NCBI GenBank assembly: GCA_039184805.1
Contig: JBCDAX010000008.1
Location: forward strand, 35,431-99,430
Source: Bacteroidota bacterium
GTDB taxonomy: Bacteria; Bacteroidota; Bacteroidia; Flavobacteriales; Flavobacteriaceae
Length of the DNA stretch: 64,000 bases
Direction of reading: 5' to 3'
Part shown: positions 19,975 through 31,344 of the stretch, in pieces
How the letters are laid out: the number at the start of each line of letters is the position of its first letter
How positions within the stretch are numbered: the first letter of the stretch is position 1
The notes under the pieces: generated by a model
What the model saw: the letters and a program-made list of their open reading frames with translations, nothing else
What the model was told of the DNA's origin: nothing
Database searches by the model: none
Made by a program: the position numbers and the translations under genes

Positions 19975-20625
19975 ATGTTAATTATGAAAAGATGGATTAG
20001 TTTTATTTTGCATCTTGCCATGATTGTCATTTTAACGAGTTTCGGCTCGTACTCGGTAACAAAAAAGGAATTCCCCAAAGTTCCTGAAAACCTCCGAGTG
20101 ACATTAGAAACTGAACCTACAGTTTCCAGCGAATTTGATTCGTTAGGGGAAACTGCTATCGCTCCGCCCTTCTTGGGCAAATCGTACAACGGCTTCAAGG
20201 AAGCCTTGGCTTTTAAAGAATCACAAGGACGCTATCAAGTGATTAATACCTTGGGATATCTTGGAAAGTATCAGTTTGGACGAAGCACTTTGAAATTGAT
20301 AGGTGTATATGACACCGATGATTTTCTGAATAATGCGTCACTTCAGGAGAAGGTCTTCGAAGTAAACGTAGCCCGTAACAAATGGATTCTACGACGTGAC
20401 ATCAAGCGATTTAACGGTAAGCGTATTCGTGGTATTGAGATTACAGAATCCGGTATCATAGCGGCAGCTCACTTAGCCGGTGCCGGTAACGTAAAAAAAT
20501 ACTTGAGATCTTATGGTAAGAATGATGTAGCAGATGCTTACGGAACTACTATTTCGTACTATATGAAAAGGTTTGGTGGGTATGACGTTTCAGAAATCCG
20601 TCAACAACGTAACGCAAAAGTTTAG
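19975..20625 (+). CDS. Lysozyme-like / soluble-lytic-transglycosylase-like exported protein
   Basis: N-terminal hydrophobic segment; AFKES..Y...N..GYLGKYQF and AAAHLAGAGNVKKY resemble SLT motifs I (ES), II (GLMQ) and III (AYNAG). Confidence 0.6.
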   Translation: MLIMKRWISFILHLAMIVILTSFGSYSVTKKEFPKVPENLRVTLETEPTVSSEFDSLGETAIAPPFLGKSYNGFKEALAFKESQGRYQVINTLGYLGKYQFGRSTLKLIGVYDTDDFLNNASLQEKVFEVNVARNKWILRRDIKRFNGKRIRGIEITESGIIAAAHLAGAGNVKKYLRSYGKNDVADAYGTTISYYMKRFGGYDVSEIRQQRNAKV

Positions 20626-20650
20626 CAGAGAAATTTTTAACAATAACGAT

Positions 20651-20682
20651 AACCCGGGTTCAATTTGAATTCCGGGTTTTTT
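20651..20682. terminator. Terminator between convergent genes
   Basis: AACCCGGGTTCA-ATT-TGAATTCCGGGTTTTTT. Confidence 0.75.
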
Positions 20683-21415
20683 ATGCTTGAATGATAAAAA
20701 TGGTAGGTCTTTTGTTCAAATCAATATTTAACTCCTTCCATTCATGGACAATTTTGGTTTGAATGAACTCAGTAGGAAGGGTAATATCGGTGGCAATACA
20801 AAGACGTGTAGTTCTTTGAAGGGTTTTGGTCAATTCTGCCAATAGCTTATCGTTTCTATATGGGGTCTCCATAAAAATCTGGGACTGCCCTGTTTCTCGG
20901 GAAAGGCGTTCCAATCGTTTAATCGTGGCCTTGCGTTCCGGAACTTCAATAGGTAAATAACCATTAAATGCAAAATTCTGCCCGTTCATTCCACTGGACA
21001 TCATGGCCATTAATATAGAGGAAGGACCCACAAGGGGAACCACTTGAATTCGTTTTTCATGAGCAATTCGTACCACATCAGCACCTGGGTCTGCAATTCC
21101 AGGACAACCTGCTTCCGAAAGCACACCGACATTATCTCCGTGTATACAAGGGTCTAAAAAAGTGGGGATGACTGCTGGGTCAGTATATTTATTGATAGTC
21201 TCAATTTTAATATCTGCTTGGGACTTACCAGGGCTTACTTTTTTGATGAATCTTCTTGCCGTTTTCTCGTTTTCAACAATGTAGTGATCAATATTTTCAA
21301 TAGTACGTTTGATGGAAATAGGCAAAACTTCCAAAGGAGCATTATCTCCCAATGTGGTTGGAATGAGATAAACCTTACCAGCTACCAAACTGGGACTCGA
21401 CTTGTTTTCATCCAT
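20681..21415 (-). CDS. SAM-dependent methyltransferase, tetrapyrrole-methylase / RsmI-like family
   Basis: VYLIPTTLG, LSEAGCPGIADPG, VVPLVGPSSIL, FMETPYRN; start set at ATG 21415, overlapping the PTP stop. Confidence 0.85.
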   Translation of the reverse strand: MDENKSSPSLVAGKVYLIPTTLGDNAPLEVLPISIKRTIENIDHYIVENEKTARRFIKKVSPGKSQADIKIETINKYTDPAVIPTFLDPCIHGDNVGVLSEAGCPGIADPGADVVRIAHEKRIQVVPLVGPSSILMAMMSSGMNGQNFAFNGYLPIEVPERKATIKRLERLSRETGQSQIFMETPYRNDKLLAELTKTLQRTTRLCIATDITLPTEFIQTKIVHEWKELNIDLNKRPTIFIIQA

Positions 21416-21869
21416 GACTGTCCAATTTTTTTGCAATTACATCACAAACTGAATCAATGAGTTGATATACTTTTTCAAATCCCTCATCACCTCCATAATA
21501 AGGATCGGGGACTTCTTTCTCATTTCCATTCAGTTCGCTCAAAAGTAGTCGGACCTTTTTCGCATTCTTTTCAGAAGTAGCCAAATGCAGAACATTTGCA
21601 TAGTTGCTTTTGTCCATGACATAAATATGGTCAAATTCCTCAAAATCATCAACAGAAAATTTGCGACACCTTTGATGTCCAATATTCAAACCATGGGTTT
21701 TCGCAACTTCAATTGAACGAGGGTCTGGGGGGTTCCCAACATGATACCCAGCGGTTCCGGCGGAATCAACAAAAACATGGTCTGGATTAACTTTGGACGC
21801 AAGTATTCCTTCAGCTAATGGTGACCTACAAATATTTCCAAGGCAAACCATTAGAACCTTCATTTTCAT
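21408..21869 (-). CDS. Low-molecular-weight protein-tyrosine phosphatase
   Basis: P-loop VCLGNICRSP; DSAGT; VPDPYY. Confidence 0.95.
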   Translation of the reverse strand: MKMKVLMVCLGNICRSPLAEGILASKVNPDHVFVDSAGTAGYHVGNPPDPRSIEVAKTHGLNIGHQRCRKFSVDDFEEFDHIYVMDKSNYANVLHLATSEKNAKKVRLLLSELNGNEKEVPDPYYGGDEGFEKVYQLIDSVCDVIAKKLDSHG

Positions 21870-21884
21870 CGATTGAAGGAGGGG

Positions 21885-23309
21885 TTAGGAGAACTTTTTA
21901 GTTAAGTCCTCAATGTACTTTCTGAATTGTTTGTCCGTTTCAGCAAGATTATCCACGGTCTTGCAGGCATGCAGCACGGTTGCATGGTCTCGTTTACCAA
22001 TCTGGGAACCAATGCTCGCTAAAGAGGCTTTAGTGAATTTTTTGGCAAAGAACATGGCCAGCTGTCTAGCCTGAACAATGTGTCGCTTTCGCGTCTTGGA
22101 TTGTAATGTGGCCACATCCATCTCAAAATAGTCTGAAACCACTTTTTGGATGTAATCAATTGAAACTTCTCTTTTGGTATTCTTTACAAACTTCTCAACG
22201 ACTTGTTGGGCCAATTCTAGAGTTACCTCACGTTTATTGAAAGAGGATTGGGCAATCAACGAGATAATCGCGCCTTCAAGTTCACGGATATTGGTCTTAA
22301 TATTTTTTGCTACATGGTCTACAATCTCTTCAGGCATTTCAACACCATCCCTGTACAGCTTGTTTTTTAGTATAGAAACGCGAGTCTCATAATCTGGATT
22401 CTGTAGCTCCGCGGAAAGCCCCCACTTAAAGCGGGATAACAAACGTTGTTCAATATCCTGCATATCCACAGGTGCCTTATCCGAAGTTAAGATGACCTGT
22501 TTTCCATTTTGGTGTAAATGATTGAAAATATGGAAGAATACATCTTGTGTACCAGACTTTCCAGAGAGGAACTGAACATCATCGATAATCAACACATCAA
22601 TCAGCTGATAAAAATGAATGAAATCGTTCCTGGTATTCTTTTTGACCGACTCAATATACTGTTGAGTAAATTTCTCCGCCGAAATATAAAGAACAGTCTT
22701 TTCAGGATATTTGTCTTTTATTTCAACTCCTATGGCATGAGCCAAGTGGGTTTTTCCCAAACCAACTCCACCAAACACCAATAAAGGATTAAAAGAAGTG
22801 CCTCCAGGTTTATTGGCCACGGCCATACCAGCGGAACGTGCCAAGCGATTTGAATCTCCTTCCAAGAAATTCTCAAAATTGTAACTGGGATTCAACTGGG
22901 ATTCAATCTTGATATTTCGAATTCCAGGAATCACAAAAGGATTCTTTAATTCTGGACTTTTTGATGTGATGGGCACATCTAATTCCTGAGGTGCCATTGC
23001 CGTACGGTTGGAACTTGGAATTTGCTCCGTAAATGGTTCCTTATTACCGTATTTGTTTTCCATCTTTATAATGTAGATGAGTTTGGCGTTTTTTCCTAAT
23101 TCTTTGGTGAGCGCAACTTTTAACAGTTTTACGTAATGCTCTTCAAGCCACTCGTAAAAAAATTTACTGGGAACTTGAATGCTTAGCGCATTATCTGTTA
23201 ACTTGATAGGCTTTATAGGTTCAAACCATGTTTTGAATGCCTGCGGTTGGATATTATCCTGGATAAAAGCCAAACATTTGTTCCATACGGAATTTGCAGT
23301 TACACTCAT
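21885..23309 (-). CDS. dnaA: Chromosomal replication initiator DnaA
   Basis: FNPLLVFGGVGLGKTHL, IIDDVQFL, RLLSRFKWGL, domain IV RDHATVLHA. Confidence 0.98.
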   Translation of the reverse strand: MSVTANSVWNKCLAFIQDNIQPQAFKTWFEPIKPIKLTDNALSIQVPSKFFYEWLEEHYVKLLKVALTKELGKNAKLIYIIKMENKYGNKEPFTEQIPSSNRTAMAPQELDVPITSKSPELKNPFVIPGIRNIKIESQLNPSYNFENFLEGDSNRLARSAGMAVANKPGGTSFNPLLVFGGVGLGKTHLAHAIGVEIKDKYPEKTVLYISAEKFTQQYIESVKKNTRNDFIHFYQLIDVLIIDDVQFLSGKSGTQDVFFHIFNHLHQNGKQVILTSDKAPVDMQDIEQRLLSRFKWGLSAELQNPDYETRVSILKNKLYRDGVEMPEEIVDHVAKNIKTNIRELEGAIISLIAQSSFNKREVTLELAQQVVEKFVKNTKREVSIDYIQKVVSDYFEMDVATLQSKTRKRHIVQARQLAMFFAKKFTKASLASIGSQIGKRDHATVLHACKTVDNLAETDKQFRKYIEDLTKKFS

Positions 23310-23386
23310 AAAAGTTTTTCCTTGTTGTTGGTTAGCTAAATACTTTATTTGCTAGGAGTATCTAAGGTTTAAAGACACCCATTGGA

Positions 23387-23406
23387 TGTGACAAATATGT
23401 GAACAA
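23387..23406 (-). promoter_or_regulatory. dnaA promoter candidate with overlapping DnaA-box-like sites
   Basis: CATATTTG (-7 variant, 23392-23399) flanked by TTGTTCACA (23398-23406, 1 mismatch to TTATNCACA) and TTTGTCACA (23387-23395). Confidence 0.4.
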
Positions 23407-23511
23407 ACTTTTTAAAAAAAAAATCAAAATCCAGTTGAAATTTTTATTTTTTTTTCGCATGTTTCATTAATGTTAACTAAGCTTCTAAATATATAATTTT
23501 TCATTTAATAA

Positions 23512-23910
23512 ATGCAATCAAATTCACACTCTTTTCGGGTGCGTTATGGGGAAACCGATAAAATGGGAGTGGTCTATCATGGCAACTACGCACAATACTT
23601 GGAAATGGGAAGAGTGGAATGGTTAAGAGCACTGGGCATTAGTTATAGGAGCATGGAGGAAAATGGAATCATGTTACCCGTAATTTCCTTACAATTGGAA
23701 TATAAAAAATCCGCATATTACGATGACTTGCTCACAGTAGAAACAAGCTTGGTCAAAACGCCCACCGTTAAAATCGAATTTGATTATCAAATCTTTAATG
23801 AAAAGCAAGAGCTTTTGGTAAAAGGAAATACTGTTTTGGCTTTTATGAATATGAAATCTGGGAAACCTACCAGATGTCCTGACTACATTTTGGAAAAGCT
23901 GAAGAACTAA
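23512..23910 (+). CDS. Acyl-CoA thioesterase (YbgC/FadM hot-dog fold)
   Basis: RVRYGETDKMGVVYHGNYAQYLEMGR. Confidence 0.92.
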   Translation: MQSNSHSFRVRYGETDKMGVVYHGNYAQYLEMGRVEWLRALGISYRSMEENGIMLPVISLQLEYKKSAYYDDLLTVETSLVKTPTVKIEFDYQIFNEKQELLVKGNTVLAFMNMKSGKPTRCPDYILEKLKN

Positions 23911-24512
23911 GGATTTTTTTTGACAGTGACTCCTTGAGTTTCCTGAAACAGTTGAAGTACTTCATGTGCTTTACTTTTTTGTGCCGAGATTTCCAACTCA
24001 CAATTCAATTCCATTTTTTGGGAAACAATAGCAATTTGGTGCTGTTTCAAAATTCGCATCACCTTGTTCATATTGGGGTATTCAAAGATCAAGGTGATTT
24101 TGGCGTATTCCATCTTTTCTATAGTCTCTGAAGCTTCCTAGGCCAAACGAGCTGCCTCTCGATACGCCTGAATGAGACCACCAACACCTAATTTCACACC
24201 ACCAAAAATTCGCACTACCACAACTAGGACATTGGTTAGCTCAAAAGATTGAATCTGACCATAAATGGGCATCCCTGCCGAATTATTGGGTTCGCCATCA
24301 TCATTGGCTCGATATGTAACAGATTCAACTCCCAATTGCCAGGCATAGCAGACATGATTTGCTGTGGGATGTTTTTTTCTAAGAATATCCAAAATAGGTT
24401 TTACCTCCTCTTGGGTAGCTATCGGAAAAGCATAGCCAAAAAACTTGCTCTTCCTGTCCTTATGTAAAACTTCTGTTGAGGGCTTATCCAATGTTTTGAA
24501 AAAATCACTCAT
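23907..24512 (-). pseudogene. yigZ: YigZ/IMPACT family gene interrupted by one in-frame TAG (24138-24140)
   Basis: ORF 24138-24512 (KSKFFGYAFP, ANHVCYAW, NDDGEPNNSAG, VVVVRIFGGVKLGVGGLIQAY) continues in frame after the TAG via EASETIEK into ORF 23907-24113; joined length 201 codons plus stop. Confidence 0.85.
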
Positions 24513-24520
24513 ACATTGAA

Positions 24521-25384
24521 TTAAAAAAGGGCTACCAAAATAATACTAATAACCGCCAAAGCGATACCACTCCAATTCTTTATAGACATGGATTCCTTAA
24601 AAAACCAGACACCCACTAAAGTGGAGAACATTACTATAGCTACATTATTTAGGGTGAAAATTGCAGCACTCGTGAATTTTTCATGCTGAAGTGCTTTTAC
24701 CAAAAAGAAAATGGAAAAGTAGTTGGGAATGCCTAAGGTAATTCCTCCCAATACATTCTTGATATTGAATCGTAGTGGTTTTTTTGAGGAGTTTATACCG
24801 ATAAATACCATTCCAGTTAGAGCGGCTGCTCCAAAGACGACAGCAGAAAAAATGGGAAGCTCCTCATCTGTCAAATGGATTTCCTCAAAATACTTGATAA
24901 GGGCGTCAATAAGTCCTGACCCCAAAAAAGCTACTAATGGAAGCAACAATACTTTTTTGGAAATCTGCCTTGAGCTTTCCTTTACAGAAGTAAAATATAC
25001 TGCGGCCAGTGCCAAAAGAATACCAAGAACTTGAATTACGGAGAGTTTCTCCTTATATAGAAATACACCGAAGATAACAGGAATGACCAGAGACATTTTT
25101 GTAGCAACGGAAGCAACGGAAACCCCAGCCACTTGCGAAGTCTTGGCAATGATATTGAAAACAATTATAAAAAAAATGCCTAGAGCCATTGTTCCCCAGA
25201 CCCATGGTTTTCCCAGGATATCGCCAATAGTAACCGAACCTGTATAAAAAAGTAAGCCGGTACAACAGGCTGTAATATAATTTATGATAATGGCATACAA
25301 GGTTTGGACGCCATAGGTAGCGTAGAGCTTAAATATTACAAGAATTAGCGTTGAACAAAGCACACTTAGAACCAGAGCCAGCAT
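24521..25384 (-). CDS. DMT/EamA-like transporter
   Basis: 287 aa, about 10 TM in two repeats; SVATKMSLVIP. Confidence 0.85.
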   Translation of the reverse strand: MLALVLSVLCSTLILVIFKLYATYGVQTLYAIIINYITACCTGLLFYTGSVTIGDILGKPWVWGTMALGIFFIIVFNIIAKTSQVAGVSVASVATKMSLVIPVIFGVFLYKEKLSVIQVLGILLALAAVYFTSVKESSRQISKKVLLLPLVAFLGSGLIDALIKYFEEIHLTDEELPIFSAVVFGAAALTGMVFIGINSSKKPLRFNIKNVLGGITLGIPNYFSIFFLVKALQHEKFTSAAIFTLNNVAIVMFSTLVGVWFFKESMSIKNWSGIALAVISIILVALF

Positions 25385-25987
25385 TTAAAGTCGGGATTTG
25401 AGTTGGGTAATGTCCTCTTCGCCTACCTTAAGATTCCAAGTGACTATTCCAAGAGTGGAAGCGGCATCGGTATTCTCCTTTGTGTCGTCCACAAAAAGAG
25501 TTTCAGATGCCTTCAAGTTATTTTCCTGAAGGACAAACTGAAAGATTTCAGTATCTGGCTTGCGCATCCCCATTTCATAGGAAAGGTAAAATACCTCAAA
25601 CGCACTTTTAAACCGGTTGTAATCTTCTTTACCCATCTGTTGCTTTACGAATTCGATGTGAATGTCATTGGTGTTACTCAATAAAAACAGGCGATATGCT
25701 TTTTCTCGGGACAACTCTTCCACAAAATCAAGCCGATGCAAAGGAAAATTCAAAAGAATGGCATTCCATGCGTGGATTAAATCCGTTTTGGAGGCAGTGG
25801 GAAAGACTTTTGCCACAGAGTTGAGAAATGCTTCTGATGAAATGTTCCCTTTTTCATAGGTTTTGAACAAAACATCCAATTCGGGAGTAATTTCTTCAAA
25901 GCCAAAAGGCTGCATGGCTCTTGCAGTTGCTGGTTTATCCAAATTAATAAAGATATCCCCAAAATCCAGAATAATATTTTTAATCAT
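25385..25987 (-). CDS. HAD-family phosphatase
   Basis: IILDFGDIF motif I, LLSNTN, MRKPDTEIF, FVDD. Confidence 0.9.
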   Translation of the reverse strand: MIKNIILDFGDIFINLDKPATARAMQPFGFEEITPELDVLFKTYEKGNISSEAFLNSVAKVFPTASKTDLIHAWNAILLNFPLHRLDFVEELSREKAYRLFLLSNTNDIHIEFVKQQMGKEDYNRFKSAFEVFYLSYEMGMRKPDTEIFQFVLQENNLKASETLFVDDTKENTDAASTLGIVTWNLKVGEEDITQLKSRL

Positions 25988-27033
25988 GGGGTAAGTAGGG
26001 TTAAAGTGTCCGAAAGTATGTTTTTCTCATGAACTACATTTCCTGTAATTTTTGGAGAATCCAATCCACTACCAAAAGTTTTAGTTCCTTTAAAAATGCG
26101 AGCCTCATCCCAAATTCCAGAATCTATAAAAGATTGGAGGGTTTTTACCCCACCTTCTACCATCAAACTGGTAATGGAATACTGTTGTAGAATAGTACAA
26201 ATCTGTTCGACTAAGGGTTTTGAGAAATCAATTATCTCATACATGACCGCCTCTGCATGTTGAGATTTGTCTTCAACTTCTGTTAGAATTATGGTCTTTA
26301 CAGTTGAATCAAAAACATGAAAACTATGAGGAATCCTAAGTGTTCTATCCAATACAATCCGAATTGGATTTGACCCTTTCCAATCGCGAACATTAAGCTT
26401 TGGATTATCTTCCAAAACGGTTTGCGTTCCTACCAAAATGGCCTGCTCTTCGCTTCGCCATTGATGTACCAATTGTCTAGAGTTTTGATTCGTTATCCAA
26501 TAGGGCTCAGGGTTTTTGCTGCGGGAAGCGGTAGAGGGTGCTATAAATCCATCTAGGGTTTCAGCCCACTTTAGAATGATATACGGACGTTTTTTTTCCT
26601 GAAAACTGAGAAATCTTCTATGATGCCACCGACATTCCTTTTCCAAAACGCCAACGGTAACTTCACATCCTGCACCCCTTAATTTTTTAATGCCTTTTCC
26701 AGCAACTTTGTCATGCGGGTCCTGTATCCCGATTACCACTTTTGGAATTTTGTGTTCCATAATCAAATTAACACAAGGAGGGGTTTTTCCATAGTGCGAA
26801 CAGGGCTCAAGGGTAACATACATGGTAGACTTAGGTAAAAGACTTTTGTCCAATACGGATGCTACTGCGTTTACTTCGGCATGGGCCCCACCATACGGAC
26901 TGGTAAACCCTTCACCAATGATGGTTTCATTATGGACGATTACCGCACCCACCATGGGATTTGGAGCTGTGTTTCCCAAGCTGTTTTCACCCAATTCAAT
27001 GCATCGGCGGATATATTTTTCGTGTATCTTCAC
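25984..27033 (-). CDS. ribD: Bifunctional riboflavin deaminase/reductase RibD
   Basis: PNPMVGAV, HAE, TLEPCSHYGKTPPC, SLMVEGG; GTG start at 27033 chosen, 4 nt after TATTTTTG (27038-27045). Confidence 0.95.
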   Translation of the reverse strand: MKIHEKYIRRCIELGENSLGNTAPNPMVGAVIVHNETIIGEGFTSPYGGAHAEVNAVASVLDKSLLPKSTMYVTLEPCSHYGKTPPCVNLIMEHKIPKVVIGIQDPHDKVAGKGIKKLRGAGCEVTVGVLEKECRWHHRRFLSFQEKKRPYIILKWAETLDGFIAPSTASRSKNPEPYWITNQNSRQLVHQWRSEEQAILVGTQTVLEDNPKLNVRDWKGSNPIRIVLDRTLRIPHSFHVFDSTVKTIILTEVEDKSQHAEAVMYEIIDFSKPLVEQICTILQQYSITSLMVEGGVKTLQSFIDSGIWDEARIFKGTKTFGSGLDSPKITGNVVHEKNILSDTLTLLTP

Positions 27034-27062
27034 CAAGCAAAAATAGAACATTAAAGTACACT

Positions 27063-27548
27063 ATGGGCGAGCTGGTAATTCGTAAAATCAGTCAAAAAGA
27101 TAATGAGGCAATTGCTTCACTAATTCGTGCCATTTTATTGGATATGGGAGTCCCAAAAGTGGGTACGGCCTATGAAGATAAGGCGTTGGATAATATGTAC
27201 TTGGAATATGACAAGGCTAGGTCCAGTTATATTGTAGCTGAAAAAAGTGGGGAGATTTTAGGTTGTGCCGGAATCGCCCCCTTGCAAGGTGCAGCGGACG
27301 AAATTTGTGAACTTCAAAAAATGTACGTAGTCAAAGTGGCAAGAGGACAGGGTGTAGCCCAAAAGCTTATGGATGTTTGTATACAAAAAGCAAGGAGTTT
27401 TGGATTTGAATCTTGTTATTTAGAAACCATGCCCTACATGACCGCGGCCCATCGGTTGTATGAGAAAAGTGGCTTTCACTTTATCGAAGAGCGTTTGGGG
27501 GATACTGGACATTATTCCTGCCCAGTTTTTATGTTGAGAGAATTATAG
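27063..27548 (+). CDS. GNAT family N-acetyltransferase
   Basis: GCAGIAPL, CELQKMY, ARGQGVAQKL, CYLETMPYM; real start ATG 27063 (upstream extension overlaps ribD). Confidence 0.9.
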   Translation: MGELVIRKISQKDNEAIASLIRAILLDMGVPKVGTAYEDKALDNMYLEYDKARSSYIVAEKSGEILGCAGIAPLQGAADEICELQKMYVVKVARGQGVAQKLMDVCIQKARSFGFESCYLETMPYMTAAHRLYEKSGFHFIEERLGDTGHYSCPVFMLREL

Positions 27549-27552
27549 ACGG

Positions 27553-28404
27553 ATGCTATTAACTGAAATCAAATCCATTTTTCATACTGAATTGGACCAA
27601 CTCTATCCTAAAGAAGAGGTGGACCATTTCTTCTATTTATCCATAGAGCATTTTCTGGGATTGGAACGTTTTGTTTTGGTAATGCAACCTCAACTTACCC
27701 TAACCAAGGATGAAGAACGTCCTTTTTTTGAAACCCTTTCCGCACTAAAACAAGAAACCCCTATACAATATATATTGGGTGAGGTATATTTTATGGAATT
27801 GAAGTTCATTGTCAATAAAAACGTGCTTATCCCAAGACCTGAAACCGAAGAATTGGTGCATTGGGTGCTTGATGATGTTGCAAGTCAGAAAGACCTCAAG
27901 ATTTTAGATATAGGTACGGGCAGTGGTTGTATTGCTGTTGCTTTGGCAAAACATCTTCCAAAGGCAGAGGTGTTCGGGTTAGATATTTCGAAGGAAGCAC
28001 TTCAAGTAGCGACACAGAATGCAGAGGCAAATCAAATGGAGGTCACTTTCCATCAATATGACATTCTTAATTTGAACTTACAGCTTGAACATAAGTTTGA
28101 TATCATTATTTCAAATCCACCCTACGTGCGGCAGCAGGAAAAAGTAGAAATGAGAAAAAATGTCAAACAGTTTGAACCGGATGGTGCTCTTTTTGTTCCA
28201 GATGACAATCCTTTGCTATTTTATGAGGCCATAGCCCAGTTTTCTAAAAGAAATTTGAAGAGAGGAGGTCATTTATATCTTGAAATCAATCAATATTTGG
28301 GGCAAGAGACCCAAGACCTTTTAGAAGCGCATAATTTTTTAGAAATTGAACTGCGAAAGGATTTCTTCGGAAATTTTAGAATGTTAAAAGGACTTCAAAA
28401 TTAA
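27553..28404 (+). CDS. prmC: Release-factor glutamine methyltransferase
   Basis: PIQYILG, VLIPRPETEELV, LDIGTGSGCI, ISNPPY. Confidence 0.96.
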   Translation: MLLTEIKSIFHTELDQLYPKEEVDHFFYLSIEHFLGLERFVLVMQPQLTLTKDEERPFFETLSALKQETPIQYILGEVYFMELKFIVNKNVLIPRPETEELVHWVLDDVASQKDLKILDIGTGSGCIAVALAKHLPKAEVFGLDISKEALQVATQNAEANQMEVTFHQYDILNLNLQLEHKFDIIISNPPYVRQQEKVEMRKNVKQFEPDGALFVPDDNPLLFYEAIAQFSKRNLKRGGHLYLEINQYLGQETQDLLEAHNFLEIELRKDFFGNFRMLKGLQN

Positions 28405-28406
28405 AT

Positions 28407-30982
<2,576 letters not shown>

Positions 30983-31201
30983 TAATGTATCCAAAGTCTG
31001 TACTACTTTTCTAAAAACCTTGAACCATAATAGGTTCATCTCTCTCATTTAATTGATAGCTTAAACGAAGCACTAACGTTGGCCTTTTGACAATATAAAT
31101 TAAAGCTCAATCACCAACATCTAATAATCCAAACTTCACCCCCCCCTAATCCAGCACCTTATTTAGCAAAAACGGTTTTTAACTTTCGCCTAAAATAGCC
31201 G

Positions 31202-31231
31202 TTTCATCCGATAAAAAGTGTATTTCGTCGA
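31202..31231 (+). promoter_or_regulatory. Direct repeat TTTCRTC at 21-bp period (LytTR-type site candidate)
   Basis: TTTCATCCGA at 31202 and TTTCGTCGA at 31223. Confidence 0.35.
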
Positions 31232-31344
31232 TATGCTGACTCTGAATTACTCCCTATCAACCCAAATGAGTCATCCATCAATCCACGCTCAAAATAGAAA
31301 AGAATACAGCGGAAATTGCACCTATAACCTATAAAAATTTAAAG

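Noticed and set aside
23310-23511. oriC next to dnaA
   Set aside because: Only about 200 bp with two degenerate boxes and no box cluster; no clean switch in gene orientation; Bacteroidota origins are often unlinked from dnaA. Whole-genome GC skew would be needed.
24138-24140. Amber reassignment or pyrrolysine recoding
   Set aside because: TAG ends normal-length genes elsewhere in the window (gntP 2941-2943, GNAT 27546-27548), and no pyl genes are present.
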